Positions 52,483-64,000 of a DNA stretch of 64,000 nucleotides are shown here, in pieces. The position numbers were made by a program, and so were the translations under genes. This DNA comes from Rhizophagus irregularis. Its lineage: Eukaryota. Location of the stretch: contig NC_089432.1 of NCBI RefSeq assembly GCF_026210795.1, positions 124,001-188,000 on the forward strand. Reading direction: 5' to 3'. The notes under the pieces are model-generated. The model was not told the DNA's origin, did not search any database, and was given only the letters and a program-made list of their open reading frames with translations. Every line of letters begins with the position of its first letter. The stretch's first letter is position 1.

Positions 52483-53991
52483 ATGTCTGATGATATTACC
52501 AACATGCACATTACAAATAACTGGGTTGAAGCAGCTATTTCCAAAAAATATATAAAATATTACGAATTTAAAGATTTTCAAAACATTGAAAAAATTGGCA
52601 ATAATCCTGGAAAAGTTTATCGTGCCAAATGGAAAAATTTGAAACAATATTTTGTGTTGAAATCATTTGACCTCGACAATACTTTTGTAAAGGAGATTAT
52701 CCAAGAGGTAATTATAAAATATATATATTTTATCCATAATTATTTAATTTTAAATCATTTACATATCATTATATTTTAAAATTTAGCTTGAATTCAATGT
52801 ACATAACAATATTATTTTCTCTTTTGGAATTACAAATAAAGGTATAAAATATGACGTTAATAAAAATAGATATTTACAGTAATTATTTCGTGTATTAATA
52901 AAATTAATAATTTTTGCTTTAAAAAATTAGAAAGTCATAACTGTCAATTGAATGAATATTTATTAGTAATGGAGTATGCCGATGATAGATCTTTTAATTG
53001 GGAAGATAAAGAGTTTCAGACAAATATTAATTTTAATTTATTATATGGAGAATTATCGCAATTCATTCAAAAATTCGATAAGATAAATATGAAGCAAATA
53101 GAACCTACAATTCAGGATATCAGTGAAAATATTTTTGAAGAAGATTTAAGCATTATAGTTGATGAATTGATTAATCAATATGTTAAAGTACTAAATATCG
53201 GTAGAGAAGTAAATACAAGAAAGAAGTTTGTTCTTGATTATCTTAACGATCATTTGATAAATTTACAAGAAATTTATTATTGGCTTCTAAATAATCAAAT
53301 TAATTCTAATTCTATCTTCTTACTTGGGTATTTTAATTATCATGGAATAGGTATTATCGCTAATAAACAAAATGCATTTAAATTATATCAAAAGGCAATA
53401 GAATCAGATCATATTGTAGCTCAATATTATCTTATATATATGTATATGATTGGAAAGGACATTGATAAAAATTATGACGAAGCTTTTAAATTATCTGAAA
53501 GGTTATCAGGAAGAAAATATCCATGTGGAATAAATATGTTAGCCTATTGTTATGAGTATGGGTTCGGAACTGAAGTCGATGCACAAAAGACATTTGAATT
53601 ATTTCAGAAAACAGCAGATTTAGGAAATGCAATAGGAATAAATAGGTTAGGGCGTTGTTATGAAAATGGAATTGGAACTGAAGTTAATGAGCTAAAGGCA
53701 TTTGAATTATATCAAGAAGCTACAGATTTAGGGAATGTTGAAGGTATGAATAATTTAGGATGTTGCTATGAAAAAGGAATTGGAGTTGATATTAATAATA
53801 AAAAAGCATTCGAATTATACCAAAAAGCTGCAAATTTGGAGAATATTATAGCTCAATATAATCTTGCTTTAATATATGAATATGGAAAAGGAATTGAAAA
53901 AAATATGGGCAAAGCAATTTATTGGTATAAAATTTCTGCTAAACAAGGATACTTAAACGCTCAAAACAAATTAAATGAACTTTTGAAATAA
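52483..53991 (+). CDS. Kinase N-lobe remnant fused in frame to SEL1 repeats, 3 exons, ~446 aa
   Basis: Exons 52483-52707, 52787-52841, 52931-53991 (1341 nt, open); KVYRAKWK and YLLVMEYAD lead directly into the SEL1 region. Confidence 0.85.
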
Positions 53992-54639
53992 CGAATTTTT
54001 GAATCTCATAAATTAAATTTATTATATTATTTATTAATCCTAATATCTCTGTGTATGGGAATATTTATTTCTGTGGATTTTATAATAAAAAAATTCGGAT
54101 AAATAAAAATAAGATAAGATCGGCTCGCCGAAGTTTTATTTAATAATTATAATCATAAATTATAATTTTTTTTTTCTTAATTCAAGTTGCAAGCAATAGA
54201 GGCCACGTATTTTATAAAGTGATTCCAAATATTTTTCACATTATTCAGATATCGACCAGCATTATATACGATATATACGCATAATTTTTTCCGATATTAC
54301 GCCTGAATATCAATTTATCAAATTGAACCAACCTAGTATAGAACTATGCAAATAGTAATAGACAAGCTGAAATTCTCGAGATTTCAATTAAAGAATTTAA
54401 GATATAACGGAAACAATGAGGCTCAGTCGGCTCAAGAAAGTAATTTGTTGAAACCGTAAATAAACTAGATGCCAAAAAGACGCGTTATATTTTTAGGTTG
54501 TAAATTTATTAATTTATCTTAACTTCTATAAAGTATGAAAATTATAATATATAATATTTTTTTCCGCTAGCGTTAAACAGAGTTTAAATTTGTAACTTTG
54601 GCCACGTTGAAAGATTTAATCAAAATAATACTTTATTAG

Positions 54640-55063
54640 TAGGGATGGCAACGGTCGGTCATGGTCGGTCATCGGTCGGTCATAACCGGTCAAGAACCTT
54701 TGACCGACCGACCGACCGTTTGACCGACCGGTCTGACCGACCGGTTAACCGACCGTTTGACCGACTGGTTAACCGATCCTGAAAACGTTTGCGAAACGTA
54801 ATTTAATTGAAATACTTAATAAAAAACGTTTTCGCAACGTTTTCTATTAAAATAAATAAAAAAACGTTTGCGAAACATTTTTTTTATTAAATTACGTTTC
54901 GCAAACGTTTTCAGGATCGGTTAAACGGTCGGTCAAACGGTCGGTTAACCGGTCGGTCAGACCGGTCGGTCAAACGGTCGGTCAGAGGTCTTTGACCGAC
55001 CGATATCGGTCACGGTCATGACCGGTCATAACCGGTTAATGACCGTGACCGTTGCCATCCCTA
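54640..55063. mobile_element. hAT-type MITE, near-complete palindrome
   Basis: TIR tagggatggcaacggtc / gaccgttgccatcccta; exact 8-bp TSD tttattag; gaccg/cggtc subterminal repeats. Confidence 0.93.
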
Positions 55064-55588
55064 TTTATTAGTAATATAAATAAATACAACAATCCTTTTC
55101 GAGATAAAACCTCTGTCATTTTCAAATTATTACAATTCTGTCTTTTTCCAAATTTTATGTAGCTTTCCTCAATAAACCTCTGTAACGTCATTTCGGACGT
55201 AAACCCCATATTTTCTAATTTAACGTCGTTAATTCTGTAACATTATACAATTTTAAATCACTAAGAATTTTACATACTAATTCTAAATATAATACTGCGC
55301 CCCACAATTAATAAATTCATTAGGTAAGTCTCGGCATTACAATTGTTATTGTTAGCAATATCTTTTTTCCTGTCGAACAATTAAAGGAACGAACCTTAGA
55401 CTAATAGACTATTAAGAAATCATTATATAATATTATACCCTTTTGAACATCAAATTCCGGTTAATTATGGCTGTGTTTTAACTCTTCTAAATTTGGCATT
55501 TCTGTAATTAGATATGTACTGTACAGTACATATGTAACTTTCTTTTCACGTAGAACATATCTGATAATAATATTACAATTATCTCCAA

Positions 55589-55790
55589 ATGTCAAATAAA
55601 TAGCAATCAATTATAAATATACCAAGCAAATTCATTACATGGGGAATTTTCTCAAATTATTTAAAATATAAAGGAAATAGAACCTAAAACTCAAGATATT
55701 AATGAAACCAAATTTAAGGAAGATTTATGTATTATAATTGACGGATTAACCAATCTTAGTTTTATTGGTGTAAATAAAGGAAAAGAAATA
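55589..55790 (+). pseudogene. 5' remnant of another SEL1-family paralog
   Basis: NSLHGEFSQII and IKEIEPKTQDINETKFKEDLCIIIDGL match the N-termini of neighbouring SEL1 genes; then truncated. Confidence 0.7.
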
Positions 55791-55849
55791 ATCTGAGAAA
55801 GAAAGTTTTATAATCTAATTATATATATTTTTATTTTTATTAAATTATT

Positions 55850-56170
55850 TTATTTTTTTTTTTTAAAAGCAACTGTAACGCATTTCTTTATTAAGGATAG
55901 AATATCCACGATCGGAAATACCTAGACCCGTTCCGTGTAAACACGAAACAAATCTATAACAGAGAGATCTATCCTAATACAATAAAATCATAAAAAAACT
56001 CGGACCTAACTAAAATCCTAACCAGAGAAATATATAAAATAGCCTATGAAACTAAACTTTTAAGGAAGCTCTTACTAATCTAGTGCTACAATTATGAACT
56101 AGTGTTTAGGTCGAACACTTCCCCACATTTAGTTCCTTATCCAAATCCTATTAACTCTTAACTAATTAAT
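55850..56170 (-). mobile_element. Possible 3' end of a retroposed element (AATAAA + poly-A on minus strand)
   Basis: T-run at ~55853-55864 next to tttatt at ~55887; composition shift; no ORF. Confidence 0.3.
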
Positions 56171-57063
56171 TGTATCTATCACTCATTTGTTATCGGAATA
56201 TATTTTTTACGTTAAATCACGTGACTTCGATTAATAGATACAAAATTTTCATTCCTAAAATCCATACCTAAATCCTTCCTTCTTCTTTTCTTTTCTTCAT
56301 CCTCGCCTTCGCTAAAATTATTTTCTTTTAAAAAGGTGTATAAATAATGTAGATCGCCTGATTATAAGAAAAAAGAAATTTGCCGGCCCGAGATTTGCCG
56401 GCCCGGGTTTCCGGGTTTTGCAGGGCTCTATTCTACCATTTAAATGCGCAAACTTTAATTAATAAAAGCTGAAAAAAGGGGGAACGAAAGATTTATTATT
56501 AATTACAAAAATATTTTAACAGTTTTATTAAATATAGACTTTATAAGACTTTCTATGAGCCAATACTAGTAAAAAAAAATTTCCGTAGATCTTGATACTT
56601 ATAATTTATAATAATAATGCGTACGTTGTGATGTGTTATTTGAAAAGAATAAATATGCAGAAATTTTGTTTCCTTGAAGAAGACCAAATATTTCTTTTCC
56701 CAATTCTATCATCGCCACCGTTATTTTGAAATGTACTATAAAATGAATAAAGATGAAAAATTTTATTTCTTTCGTTAGGAATAGAATTGTTAATAGAAAA
56801 AAATTTCAGATCACAAATCATTGTAAGATACATTTTTATATTGTGTTCAATAAAATAAATTTTATTCAGAATGATAAGCCATAGGACATTAAATATTTCA
56901 TGATGCATGGTGGAGATCTGCGCCGTAACTAATGACATTTACTGTAGACCGACTGTAGTGCTACGTTAAAAACAAATATGTAAAACAAAATATGTTGTGC
57001 AAAAAACAATTTATTACAAATCAGAAAATTCAAAATTAAAAATTTTACTTTCTCCATTTCACA

Positions 57064-58086
57064 ATGTCTGAAATAAATGACCCTAACCAAATAGAATATA
57101 ATCATCCTCTAAATGTGGGTAACATTGATGCTGATAATTCAAAATTTTTTCGAATTACTCAAAATTTTTGCAAGATTGATATAAAAGAAATAGAACCTAC
57201 AATTCAGAATATTAATAAAAACGTTTTTGAAGAAGATTTAAGTTTAATGATTGATAAATTGTTCAGTCTTATTTTTAATGGGACAAATAAAGGGCGAGAA
57301 GAGAAAGCAATAAAGCAACAATTTTTTGATTGTATCAATAACCATAAGATAAATATACAAGAAATCTATTATTGGCTTCAAAAGAATATAACCTGTTCAA
57401 ATTCCATTTATTTGCTTGGATATTTTAATTATCATGGAATTGGAATTGATATCAACAAGAAGTATGCGTTTGAATTATTTCAAAAAGCAGCAGAGTTGGA
57501 AAATATTGTAGCCCAATTTGAACTCGCTAATATGTGTATGGATGGAGATGGCGTTGATCAAAATTATGAAAAAGCTTTAGAATTATCAAAAAAATTAACA
57601 GAAGGAAAGTATCCATGTGGGATAAATTTATTGGGATATTGTTATAAAATGGGAATTGGAACCGAAGTTGATTCACAAAAAGCATTTAAATTATATGAAA
57701 GTGTAGCAAATTTAGAAAATTTACATGGAATATGTAACTTAGGAGTTTGTTATGAAAATGGAATTGGAACTGAAATTAATGAACAAAAAGCATTTAAATT
57801 ATATCAAAAAGCAGCAGATTTAGAACATTCAGAAGGAATGAATAACTTAGGTTATTGTTATAATAATGGAATCGGAACTGATTTTGATGAGAAAAAAGCA
57901 TTTAAATTATATCAAAAAGCAGCAAAATTGGGAAATGAATTTGCACAATATAATCTTGCTTTAATGTATGAATTTGGAGATGGAATTGAAGAAAACTTTG
58001 ATCTAGCGATCTACTGGTTTAAAAAGTCTGCTGAACAAGGAAATATAAAATCTCAAAGTGATTTAAATATACTTTTAAATGAATGA
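57064..58086 (+). CDS. SEL1-repeat protein (no kinase), single exon, 340 aa
   Basis: Repeated NLG.CY..GIGT....KAF.LYQKAA units. Confidence 0.92.
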   Translation: MSEINDPNQIEYNHPLNVGNIDADNSKFFRITQNFCKIDIKEIEPTIQNINKNVFEEDLSLMIDKLFSLIFNGTNKGREEKAIKQQFFDCINNHKINIQEIYYWLQKNITCSNSIYLLGYFNYHGIGIDINKKYAFELFQKAAELENIVAQFELANMCMDGDGVDQNYEKALELSKKLTEGKYPCGINLLGYCYKMGIGTEVDSQKAFKLYESVANLENLHGICNLGVCYENGIGTEINEQKAFKLYQKAADLEHSEGMNNLGYCYNNGIGTDFDEKKAFKLYQKAAKLGNEFAQYNLALMYEFGDGIEENFDLAIYWFKKSAEQGNIKSQSDLNILLNE

Positions 58087-58762
58087 AATTAAACAATTTT
58101 TATTAAAATTTTAGGATTATATGAAGATTTGTTATAGCCGGAATGAAGTAATATATATTTTTTTATTGGATAATTTTCTTGCATAGTTTTATGGTCTTAA
58201 ATTGTAGTAGTGGTAGTTACGTTTTGCATACAGTATATTGCAAGTTTTAAATTTGTTTTTAGATAGTTGAATGATGTTATTTTTTTTTCCTGGGTAATCC
58301 ATATAATCCATATTTAATCTATCACATATATTACAATGGATGTTTTTTTTTACGAAATATTTATGGTTTTTTTTATTATCGATTTTATTTTTCCAATTGA
58401 CCTTATTATATTTCAATTTAAATTTAATATATCACGTGATGTAAATCGTATAAAACACTTATTTTATGAAGTGTAAATTAATGCAATAGAATAATACAAT
58501 ATATACGACTTACAACATGCGAATTGACGTTAATATTTAAATTCTGACTGAGTTTGATTTTTAACAATCATGAATTATTCCTGAATTTCGAAATCATAAT
58601 ATGCGTGGTGGCGCAGAAAATTGACTGCGGCAAATAAAATCATTTCTATATTTAGAAATGATTAACGCGTGATACATTCAAATTATGTTGTGTAAATTAA
58701 TTTAAAATTAAAAAATTAAAAAATTTCTTTCTTCGTGAAATTACAATATCTATAGTAATAAA

Positions 58763-59680
58763 ATGAAAGATGTTAACGAATATCATCAAAAGTATAATCA
58801 AATGTCAAATAATGTTGATACATCAAGTTCATTACATGAAGAATTTTTTAAATTTATTCAAAACTTTTATAAAATGGAAGTAAAGGAAATAGGTCCTACA
58901 ACTCAAAATATTAACGAAATAATTTTTGAACAAGATTTAGGTATTATAATTGATGAATTAGTTAATCTCATTTTAACAAATTTAAATAAAGGAAAAGAAG
59001 AAAAAGTAAGAAAACAACAAGTTTTTGATTATATTAATAATTATAAGTCAAATTCACAAGAAATCTATAGTTGGCTTTTAAATAACCAACTTAGTTCAAA
59101 TTCCATTTATTTACTTGGATATTTTAATTATTATGGAATTGGAACTGACATTAACAAACAACATTCATTTGAATTATATCAGAAAGCAGCAAATTTAAAG
59201 AATTCACTTGGAATGTATAGCTTAGGAAAATGTTATGAAGTTGGAATTGGAACTGATGTTAATAAACAAAAAGCGTTCGAATTATATCATAAAGTGGCAG
59301 ATTTGGGAAATTCTCATGGAATATATTGCTTAGGATGTTGCTATGATGATGGAGTTGGGATTGATGTTAATAAAGAAAAGGCATTTAAATTGTACCAAAT
59401 GGCAGCAGATTTAGGTCATATATTTGGAATTAATAATTTAGGATGTTGTTATGACAATGGACATGGTACCGAAGTTAATAAAAAAAAGGCATTTGAATTA
59501 TTTCAAAAAGCAGCAATATTGGGTAATGATTTTGCACAATATAATCTTGCTTTAATGTATGCAGATGGAAAAGGAGTTGAGAAAAATATTGACCTAGCGA
59601 TTTATTGGTTTAAAAAATCTGCTGAACAAGGGGATCAGGATGCACTAAGCAAGTTAAATAAGCTTAAAAAAATTGAATAA
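58763..59680 (+). CDS. SEL1-repeat protein (no kinase), single exon, 305 aa
   Basis: Repeated LG.CY..G.G.DVNK.KAF.LY..AA units; paralog of 57064. Confidence 0.92.
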   Translation: MKDVNEYHQKYNQMSNNVDTSSSLHEEFFKFIQNFYKMEVKEIGPTTQNINEIIFEQDLGIIIDELVNLILTNLNKGKEEKVRKQQVFDYINNYKSNSQEIYSWLLNNQLSSNSIYLLGYFNYYGIGTDINKQHSFELYQKAANLKNSLGMYSLGKCYEVGIGTDVNKQKAFELYHKVADLGNSHGIYCLGCCYDDGVGIDVNKEKAFKLYQMAADLGHIFGINNLGCCYDNGHGTEVNKKKAFELFQKAAILGNDFAQYNLALMYADGKGVEKNIDLAIYWFKKSAEQGDQDALSKLNKLKKIE

Positions 59681-62448
59681 TTTTTTTAAAAAATAGCTGA
59701 TTGATTTAAGTTTGAAAAATTTTTTTATTCTTTTATGAAATCATATTTGTATGATATAAAAGGTTGGATTAATACATTACTGAAAAGTTTTGTAAATTCA
59801 TTTAATTAAACATGTCGTAAGAATATAAGTTTATTTTTCGATTAGTTAGTTATTACAAAAAAATGGCTATTATTCATTTAGGTGATTTATGAATTCTTTT
59901 TCCATATATTATTAATTTCTATAAAATACTATGAATATATAAATACATGTGAAAAATTACATAAATCTACAATACCTACGGCGATATACGTATGCGAAGA
60001 TAAAAAAAATAGAACGTTATTTGATTAACAAAAATAATAATATATTCATCCAGCTAATAAAAAAGTATATTTATGTAATTAATAAAATGTAGTATATTTA
60101 TTTAATAATATAAAATAAACGTATTTATCCAATTAATAAAAAAGCATAATGATGCAAAAATATATTTTAAAATAAATTTATTGTATGTCTATTTTTTTGT
60201 TACATTATTCTAATTTACAATCTACTAACAATAAAACTCTCCATTATATATAATATAGCATGTAAAATTAAAAGTATTCTAAGAAATAAAAATTTTTCCA
60301 AGAAAAGAACTTGTTACTTGGATAGGTTTTCATCATCAGATTATTATCAGAGTTTTCTTCGGTTCTCTCATGATCTTTGTTTCTGTTTGGTAGATCATTT
60401 GAATTTGGATTTTTTTTTTTCATTTAATAGTTCCTATTACAAATAAATTGAAATTGATAAAATTAAAGGATAAAATATTGATACTGATGAAAACTATATA
60501 CTAAATTATCACCATCACTAATAAACAATTGATAATACATACCAAGAAAACAGTATATCTTTTTAACAGATTCTTCAGTACACTTAATTTCATTACTTTG
60601 TGGATTTCAAACTACACAGCAAACTGTAAGAGTAAAGGCAATTATAGATGTTAATAAACAAACTTCTTTTTCTTTTGGCAACCATTACAATTGATATTAA
60701 TAGCAATGCCCATTATTATCTATAAGTTATTATATGCTTCAATAACCTGTTGGTCTTTTTTTTCCTGCATTTGTTTTTATTTCTGAATTTTACATATTTA
60801 AAGAGTGCAATTTTACATCTTTTGAAATTGTACCATGGCAATGACATTTTTCTAAACACTAGTACATTAGTACATTATTCAGATTAAGATAACAATAAAT
60901 TCACTGATACATTATTAATAACATTATTCAAATTAAAATATCAATAAAATTAGAATCACACTTACTATAGACATTAATTCACAATGGAACCATTTAAATC
61001 ACCAATGTATTAAGTTTGAAAATGTTGGTACAATGTATAAGCCAATATTCCTTTAACCCTTTTCAATATGCACTTTTAAATATTCTTTAAATAACTCTTG
61101 GGTAGGATATAAAGATATTTTTTTGAATCTCTTTAGTGATTGTAACTATGCCCTTATATTAAAAAATAACAATCAATTGCATCTAAAAATATTGCAATCA
61201 AAGAAATTAGGTGCTAAGGTATCTTCTCAATACATTTTTTTGAGAACTTTGCCAATTATTTTAAGCTTTTTATCTTGTTTCAACTGATTTTTCAAATAGC
61301 CTTATTGATTATTTAATTTTCCAAAAATTCTTTAGGAACTAAATAGTATTCATTACTATCACCCCTAATAAAAATAAAATACAATATTATTTTTGAATTA
61401 TGTAGTAATTCAGAGTAAGGAAACACTATTAATTTTTTTAAGCTCTTTTTACTGAATCAAATATTCATATCATTTCATCCATGTTTCTTTAAGATTTCCG
61501 GATCAGATAATTGCTGTTCATCATTAGATGATGAGTAATTTTTAGTTTGTCAATCTTTTTAAATTTCTTGATCTTGATTCATTCGATTAATTTGTACTCC
61601 ATGACTTTGCTGATCTTGATTAATTTGGGCATTTCGATTTTGCCAGTCTTGAGTAATTTGGGTATCTTGATTTTTGTCAATCATGAGAAAGAACTTTTCT
61701 AAAATATTAATTATTTAATGAAGTTTTTTCATAAAGATTACTGTACATACTTTCATTAGACTGCTTTTGTGTTTCAATTAAAGACTTACTTCTGACATTA
61801 ATAATATATAACAAGAACATGATTGCTAAGAAATAAAATTTTTAAAAATAAAGTGTTAAATGCAAAAGATAAATAAAGAAGATGAAGTTAAACAGAGAAA
61901 TGAAAAGAAATAATTTAAAATATCAAATTTAACCTATTTAAACTAATTGTTATACTATTGTAGCAATTGATAGACATGAGGATGCAAAAAGTGTTTTTTA
62001 GGGGTCAAATTTTCATTTTTCCATTGTTGACCAGAGCGATAATCTTACCATTTTTTTTAATGAACTGATGTGCCGTTTACAGGGGTGTAAGGAAACTCCT
62101 GTTCTTTAAATTTCCCTTGCACTTCAGATTTTTTCTCAAAGGAAGGTTAAAAGAATTTCTGGCACTATTTTGAAAAGAAAAAATGAAAAACTATTTTGTT
62201 TATTATTATTATTTATAGAGTATATGTCACTGACCAATTTGGAAACAATTAATAAATTCCAAATTGGGAAATGATTGTGCTACATGACTCCAAAAAAGAA
62301 GTTACGTAATTACGTTCCCATTCTTTATAGTATCATGACAAAAAAAAAAAAATACTATTTAGTATATAATAAAATAAATTTTTTACTTTATTTATATAAT
62401 AATGAATAATACAAATATTTATAAACTAATATTATATTCTTGAATTAG

Positions 62449-63936
62449 TTAATAATGATAATAAAAATAATAATCTTCTTCTTCATCTTTTTCTTCTTCA
62501 TAACTCCTTTTAGTCATAAATTTAATAGTACCAAAACTTTCATATTTATTAATTATCTTCATATTTTCTTCATAATCATCAAAATCATTATGATGACCTT
62601 CATTTTTAATAATTATTAATTTAAGTAATTTTTTTGGCGTCCTATTATTCCAATTTATAAGAAATGATTCCAAATCTTCTTGAGATAAATCTGATTTTTT
62701 ACCAATATTGTATATTTTTAATTCGCAAAAATTATTTTGTGAATGATTTACAATAGTTTCTAATACTTGTTTTTGACTTAAAAACCTTTTCCCACACTGA
62801 ATTTTAATACCTTCCAAGTTTTGACAACTACAAAGTATAGTTTTTAATACATCTAGTTCATCATTCTTAAATATTACAAAGAGTCTTCTAAGGTTTGGAC
62901 AAAATTTAGCAACAGATAATCTTAAAGCTTTATCACTTTCAGATGTATAAAAATATTTGAGAGTTTGTCCATTATGTTCTAAAAAATTCATCACATGTTC
63001 GGGGTTTGGACATAGAGAAGGAAATTTTAAAATTTGTAATTTAGAAAAATTAGCATGCTGTAAATTTGAAAAATCTTCATAATCATTTTCATCAAAAAAT
63101 GTAAATGCAATTTCTTGTAAATTTGAGAATGAATTAATAAATGATAATGGTGAATTATCATTGCCACTATAAATATGTAATTTTGTTATAGTATTAGAGT
63201 GTTTTGTTAAAGCAGGTATAATATTTGCCCAATTCAAATCAAAAGCTATTAAGTTTAAATGTCTCAAATTATTTTGCAAAGAAATTAATTCTATTAACTC
63301 ATTTGAAATATCATTACTAAATTCTATAGAAATTGATTGTAAATTATGACATACTTGAGATAATTGATGAAAGAAATTAGAAGGAAAATTTGAATTACAA
63401 CATAATTCTGAAAGATTCCTTACTCCAGGAAAATGAGTGAAAGAAAAATTGATGTTAGAGCAATAACAAGTCAATTTTTCTAAAGAATAAATTTGATTCG
63501 TAAACATTTTGATAATTTCATTTACAACTAAATAATTTCTATCTTTTATACTTAATGGACTAGTAGATGGTTTGGCTTCAAAGAAATCAACAACCAATCT
63601 AATAATTTTATGTGTTAAAAGAACTTTGCAAAATGCTGCATAATTGAAAAGTGGTGGTTTTGAAGTAGGTGTTGAAATGAAAATTTTATTTATATATAAG
63701 AGCTCTTTTGATTCGTTGGGAAGACAAGCAATTAATGTACTAAGAATAGATGATGTTACTTTCAATGGACGTTTTTGATAGTAACTCTTAAAATTCCAAA
63801 TATTCCTCCATAAAATTTTAACAGAAATTCCACACAAAAGACGATCAACTAACAAACATGAATGTAAAGTGTGCTTATCTTCTTCTAAATATTCAATAAT
63901 TTCATTATAACAGTCGGCTGGGAGTTGATAAGACAT
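62449..63936 (-). CDS. F-box / LRR (RNI-like) protein, single exon, 495 aa
   Basis: N-terminal LPADCYNEIIEYL..DKHTLHSCLLVDR..C...V.ILW F-box motif; PLFNYAAFCK; LRR-like C.NL..L repeats. Confidence 0.88.
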   Translation of the reverse strand: MSYQLPADCYNEIIEYLEEDKHTLHSCLLVDRLLCGISVKILWRNIWNFKSYYQKRPLKVTSSILSTLIACLPNESKELLYINKIFISTPTSKPPLFNYAAFCKVLLTHKIIRLVVDFFEAKPSTSPLSIKDRNYLVVNEIIKMFTNQIYSLEKLTCYCSNINFSFTHFPGVRNLSELCCNSNFPSNFFHQLSQVCHNLQSISIEFSNDISNELIELISLQNNLRHLNLIAFDLNWANIIPALTKHSNTITKLHIYSGNDNSPLSFINSFSNLQEIAFTFFDENDYEDFSNLQHANFSKLQILKFPSLCPNPEHVMNFLEHNGQTLKYFYTSESDKALRLSVAKFCPNLRRLFVIFKNDELDVLKTILCSCQNLEGIKIQCGKRFLSQKQVLETIVNHSQNNFCELKIYNIGKKSDLSQEDLESFLINWNNRTPKKLLKLIIIKNEGHHNDFDDYEENMKIINKYESFGTIKFMTKRSYEEEKDEEEDYYFYYHY

Positions 63937-64000
63937 TTTTAAAAAAAAAAGAAATTAAAAATAATAAATAAAAAAATTGTTTTAAGGCAGGCGTAAGAAA

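Noticed and set aside
56382..56430. GC-rich solo TIR-like end (ttttgcagggctcta); similar at ~43100-43174
   Set aside because: No partner terminus or TSD found
60300..61850. CpG-poor decayed minus-strand gene or TE
   Set aside because: No recognisable motif or sustained reading frame

Overview
Very AT-rich eukaryotic DNA with short GT-AG introns. The gene families (TKL-kinase/SEL1 repeats, Crinkler N-terminus, F-box/LRR, TRP-like channel) point to an arbuscular mycorrhizal fungus (Glomeromycotina, Rhizophagus-like); this is inferred, not database-confirmed. 1-11 kb is stacked DNA transposons: MITEs, a TIR element carrying a 20 x ~49-bp palindromic array, a pogo/Tigger element and a full-length hAT with an intron-rich transposase. 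14-29 kb is a duplicated and inverted mosaic around one apparently intact 11-exon gene (25333-27987, ~585 aa by manual splicing) with a PD-(D/E)xK-like nuclease C-terminus. That gene has five partial copies, a 69-bp upstream array and a GC-rich structured first intron. In two of the copies this intron holds a 36-bp-repeat/31-bp-spacer mini-array, the most unusual signal in the window. 34-64 kb holds a TRP-like channel, pseudogenes (Crinkler, OTT_1508-like deaminase, coiled-coil family), a tandem kinase-SEL1/SEL1 cluster with stepwise kinase loss, several MITEs and an F-box/LRR gene. All coordinates and splice models were derived by eye.
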